64,000 nt of DNA, taken from Dudresnaya verticillata (lineage: Eukaryota). Shown in pieces: positions 59,338-64,000 of the stretch (position 1 is its first letter; each line of letters opens with the position of its first letter). The stretch spans positions 1,488,001 through 1,552,000 of the forward strand of contig OZ374559.1 of assembly GCA_977862235.1 (NCBI GenBank), written 5' to 3'. A program made the position numbers and the translations under genes. A model generated the notes under the pieces. It saw nothing but the letters and a program-made list of their open reading frames with translations, was not told the origin of the DNA and did no database searches.

Positions 59338-60667
59338 AGTTCGCGGGCGCCGCGGCGCCCAGCGATTAGAGCGCCGCTGCGCCTTTTAGTCCAGTTACGC
59401 CGCTGCGTCTATAGACATGTTTAAAGGGAAAGGGGTGGGATTTGGCTTCGGCCCGCGTCGATGCGAACTTCTTTTGGCGAGAGCGTTCGCCGGCGCAGCA
59501 GCTCACCACCTCGGACCGCTGCCCAAGGTGAGTGCTGCGCGCGCGCGCGTCAAGTCCGCGTGCATTGCCACTGCGCTACGACAGTGGTCGTCTCGGCCCG
59601 GGGCTTGCGTGAGCCGCTGCTCAGGGGCAATAGGCAAGCGTGCCGACCCCATGTGGCGCCCCAGCGCCGCTGCGTGGCATTCCACCTTGGCATGGGGGAG
59701 ACCACAGTGGTTGCCCTTGCGCACCGGTCTTGGGCGCCTGGTGCCACTGCGGCTAGCCTCGGCGAGGCCGCTGCCTCGCGCCCACTTGCCGGCGGCGTGT
59801 CGCTTCTGGCTACTTGATCAGCCGCTGCTGTTGCCCCCCCGCCGGGAGGCGGTTTGCGGCCAAATTATAGCCAATCGTTGGCCGGGGATTTTCGCAACCC
59901 CTTTCATTGGCTGTTGCCTTCCGGTCCGCTGGCCTGGTTGGGTGTTTCCCAACCCCCCGGCTACAGTACGTACTTTAGCCGAAACACTTTTCGCGCTCGA
60001 TGCGCTGCGTGCGCCCCGCGCCGGGGCGCACGCCAAAAGTGACGCACGCTTTTGGGGTGCCGTTGCACATCGAGTGCAACGGCACTTCGGTGCACCCGGG
60101 TGAGATGGCGATCGGGCCGCTGCCCTTTGTCTCACACCGCTTCGCTTCGAAAGCGACGGCCTTGGGCGCGTCGACGCGCCCGCTCTGCACCCACGCTGGT
60201 GCGACCCATCCTCGCTCAGCAGCCGCTGCGGCTGGCGCGTTGGGTTGCACTGGCGTGCGCGCAGGTCGTACCGCGTGTGCGGCGCTGGTTAGCGGCTTCG
60301 GTAGCCGCTGGTCAGCGCCCCTTACCTTGCGTGCGTGAGGCGTCGGCGCCTGTCACGCGCGAAGGCGAGGTAGTGGTTGTGTCTCATCGCCGCTTGCGAA
60401 TGCGTGCGACCAACCCAGGGCCGCTGCCCCAGGCTTGGTTAGCTGGCAGCCGCCCTGCGCGCATCGATGCGCCGGAATCGGCGTTCTGCTGCCCCCTCTT
60501 GCGCTGCTGCCGCTGCCGCTGGCGCAAGGGTGACCTGCCTGGGCTCGGTGCCCACTGCAGGGTAGGGTGAGGCATCGGTTGCCTTCGCAAAAAGGAAACG
60601 AATGCCCAAAAAGGCAAGCGAATGCCTACGGCCCCCTCCTCAAGCGCGAGGCGCCCCCGCCGAGGGG

Positions 60668-63600
60668 TTACGAGGAGGAGCGAACGGCTTCGAGCCGGTT
60701 GGTGTTTCGCCGCCGCTGCGATGCGAAGTAGTGGCTCACCATCTCCTGGGGGAGATGGGAACGTGGCTCCCTGTTGAGGACATGGTCGCTGGCGCCTCAC
60801 GTCACGGGTCAGGCACCCCAGATGGCACCCTGGCACGCTGTCACCAAACCTTCCGGAGACGACAGCCCTTTTTCCGGGCTTCCAAAATCACGGCGCATTT
60901 AGGCCTTTTGCAAAAGCAACGTGAAACGGGCTTCTGATTGGTTGTTACAAACCGCCTCCATGGTCTATATGGCTTACAAGTGTTGTGCTGGAATTGGCGG
61001 TTATAACAGGAACGGCCAAGTGGAACGATCTGATTGGACCACATGGATGCACGTGGTATGGCATTGAATGGTGTTGGTATGACTCGCACTGTACTCCACA
61101 AGTACACATGAACGTGCCATGCAATGTGCTGATGGCGTCCGAGTTGGTACTGCAGGGACTTGCGCTACGTGGAGCCTGACTTGTGATATCAGCAGATGCA
61201 GTTGTTGTGCGGCCGACACGTTGGTTTACAGTTGGCACGTAGCTGTCGTGCGGCCGACACGTTGGTTTACAGTTATCACGTAGCTGTCGTGCGGCCGATA
61301 CGTTGGTTTACAGCTGCCACGTAGGCAAATCTGGGTGATTACGTGGTCAATGATCCAAGTTGGATATTCATGGATGGACTTGAGCTGGTAAGTGCGGCCA
61401 CGTGGTGTGCAGTGTTGTCCGACAGCAGCCATGCGGGGACACTCGATACTTTCACGTTCCCGCCCAAAGTTGGAGTACATATGGATGGCAGGAAATGCGG
61501 TCGCAAGAGGGATTGCTGATGTCAGCAGTTAGCAACACTGGTGTGCAAGTTCCCGCCCATTTTGGTGGCGGATGTGAGTGTGCTGAGAGCATGATTTGGT
61601 AGATTTAATTGCTTTACTTTTTTCCGCCCATTTGATGATAGGGATTTTGGGCGTTTCTTCAATGATTTGTTTTGTTTGTGTTCACGCAGCAACTCATCCG
61701 AAAAGCTGATATAAGCCATGTCGGATGGTCGACTGCAGTAAACGAAGTCAAGCGACTTCCATTTCTCATCTTGTTCAACTCCAACCTCTCCATATTCCTT
61801 TTCACTCCCACGTCGGCTTGCGATAGCCGGTCCACTTCACCTTGAACACGAGCGTGCCATCGTCGGCCGTGCCGTGGTCAAGGACCTTATCCACCATGAA
61901 CCGCGGGCCGTCGACGGCTTTGGATGCGAGTTCCTTAGTGGTGGGTAGGTATGCGCTGCGCTGCGCAGTATCCTCCCGCATCGGCGGGGGACAGTAGACG
62001 GCGTGGTCCGCTGCGATGCGTTCGGCCAAGCCGCTTCTGTCGATAAACAGCGTGCGCTTGTCGTTAAGCAGCACGCAGTACGGCCCTATCGCTGGGCTCT
62101 GGAGCTTATTGGGTTTCTTAACCCCGTCGCTCGCGTCGATGAATACGTAGTCTCCAGCTCGAATGCGGGAGTTGACTTTTGTGACACGCTTGTCGAAGTC
62201 TTTCTTGTAACGCCGCTGCGTTTTGTCGAGAGCGCTCGATGCGCTTGCGAAGGCGGCGTCGAGCCGCTTAAGGAAGTCCGCGAGCACGTCCTCACTAGGT
62301 TTCGGTCTGGCCGCTGCCTTATGAAACTTAGTGAACTCCGGCGGCGGCCGGGACAGCACGAGGCTGAAGGGTGTCGTCCGCGTCGTGCGATGGACATGGA
62401 AGTTGTAGGAATACGTCAACACCGCTGCGTATCGATCCCAGTCGTCCTGGTGATCGTTGATGTAATTCCTCAACATGGCCATGACGGTCCGGTTGTAGCG
62501 CTCAACCTGACCGTTCGCCTGCGGGTGGTAGGTGGACGTGAACACGTTGTTCAGTCCGAGGTAGCGGCACACTGCCTGGAAGAACTGAGAGGTGAATTGC
62601 TTCCCGTTGTCGGACAACAGAGACCTCGGTGGTCCGTAGTGGAAGATCCACCTCTCACAGAACTTCACTGCGACGTAGTACGCTGTGATGGTGCGCAGCT
62701 GCGCTACTTGAGTCAGCTTCGTGAATCGGTCCGTCATGACGAGCAGGAATCGCTTTCCTGACTTCTTGTTGGGCAGCGGCCCTAGGATATCGATCGCGAG
62801 CGACTCGAGCGGCCTCGTGGCCGGGAACAAATTCAACAGTTGAAGGACCTCCGCAAGCTTATGCGGTTCCTGGCACAGTGCAGACAGTTCCGAACTGTCA
62901 TGGCTATGTCCGTTGACATATGTGGCTAGTAGTAGCTCTCGCGGAGCGTGTAGAATATCCTGTTCTGGCCAGGGTAGCCAGCCAGGAGGGAGTGGTGAGC
63001 GAGCGTGAGAAGCCGCGGCTGTAGCGCTTCGGGCACCATTATTTGCTCCAACGAGGAGATGACGGGGTGACGCCGGCACAAGATCCCGTCCTCGTCCTCG
63101 AAGAAGTGGCTATCCCGTCGACGGGACTGCCGTGCGAACACTGTTTGGCAAAAGGAATCGCGCCACTTCGCATCCAACAATTCCTCGACGGTTATTGGTG
63201 AAGGGAGCTTCACCGGTTCGACCCGGGTGAGGTCCGTCGGCTCTTGGCTCGCGTCGATGCGGCCGAGGTCGAATAGGTCGACGTCGTCGCAGTCGTCCCA
63301 GGCTTCGTCGTCGGCAAGCCCCGGTGGCTCGCCGCTGTCCGAGGGCTCCTTGGATTCGCTGGCATTGCCGCCCACTGCAGCCGGTCGATCCGGCGCCTTC
63401 CGCTTCGAAGCGTTGGCTTGGGACCGCGTGGTCAGCAAGACCGGCTGTGCCTTCGGTTCGGTACTCGAGGCACCCTCCTTCTGCCGGTCGACCACCGGGG
63501 GGTCATAGGTAGGGACGTCGTCGTCAACCTCCTCTTGCTGCCGTCGAGGCCTCAACAGGCGGGACAGCGCGTCCGGCACCTGGTGTACCCTACCCGGGCG

Positions 63601-64000
63601 GTACTCGATCTGGAAGTCGAATTCCGCGAGTCGTAACCGCCAGCGGGTAAGGCGACCGGACGAGTCGTTCAAGTACATGAGCCAGCGCAAGGCGTCATGG
63701 TCGGTTCGTACCGTGAACCGGGTCCCTTCAATGTTGGGACGCAGGGTTGTGATCGACCACACCACTGCAAAGCACTCGCGCTCCGTGGCCGAGTAGTTTC
63801 GCTCTGCTGAGCTTAGTGAGTAAGACCAGTACCCAACGGGGTGTAACTGGCCGTCCTCTTGCTCCTGGAGCAGGGCGCATCCGAGCTGGTACGCCGATGC
63901 GTCCGTGTTGAGGACGTACGGTTTGCCTTCGCGAGGGAGCCGTAGGATAGGAGGCGATAAGAGTGTCGCTCGCAGCGTCTCGAATGCCTCTAGCGCCGCT
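60668..64000 (-). pseudogene. Gypsy pol 3' part: RNase H, integrase and chromodomain (split by a solo LTR)
   Basis: TDHDALRW, LLSDNGKQF, PQANGQVER, AIGPY, then VDKVLDH..FKVKWTGY..TWE|PRSHLPQEMVSHYF; stop at 60668-60670. Confidence 0.93.
60772..61804 (+). repeat. Solo copia LTR12, 5-bp TSD CTCCC
   Basis: CTCCC at 60767-60771 and 61805-61809 flanks a full 1,033-bp LTR. Confidence 0.97.

Larger units (their letters stand above)
55333..64000 (-). mobile_element. Chromovirus-type Ty3/gypsy element (RH-INT-chromodomain, ~4.5-kb extra region, PPT, 3' LTR); continues past the window
   Basis: Pol motifs, a chromodomain, and a polypurine tract at 56108-56121 abutting a TG..CA LTR. Confidence 0.88.

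Noticed and set aside
59400..60660. Long GC-rich ORFs (59417-60103, 60052-60570)
   Set aside because: They are overlapping Arg/Ala/Pro-rich frames on both strands, typical of stop-poor GC-rich non-coding DNA.

Overview
Eukaryotic, almost entirely transposon-derived window; the element types suggest a red alga, but that is my inference only. 1-13 kb: decayed Ty3/gypsy elements, LTR and PBS remnants, and tandem repeats. 13-20 kb: a small cargo island with a disrupted ParB/Srx-like + beta-class (DPPY) DNA amino-methyltransferase gene and an AAA+ ATPase fragment. 19,962-54,904: a 35-kb nest of one young Ty1/copia family (1,033-bp LTR, half-tRNAiMet PBS) inserted repeatedly into itself, including a 7,422-bp tandem duplication of a three-LTR unit with two uninterrupted 1,444-aa polyproteins. 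55.3-64 kb: a chromodomain-bearing gypsy element with a long decayed antisense ORF and a solo copia LTR inside the chromodomain. Most notable: several micro-insertions made of a 5-bp target-site duplication around only 3-7 nt that mostly match the fused LTR termini (TGTTCA, TGTTACA, TTCA; also TGATCA). Together with damage concentrated at LTR U5 ends, these suggest near-precise removal of LTR retrotransposons by cuts just inside their ends.
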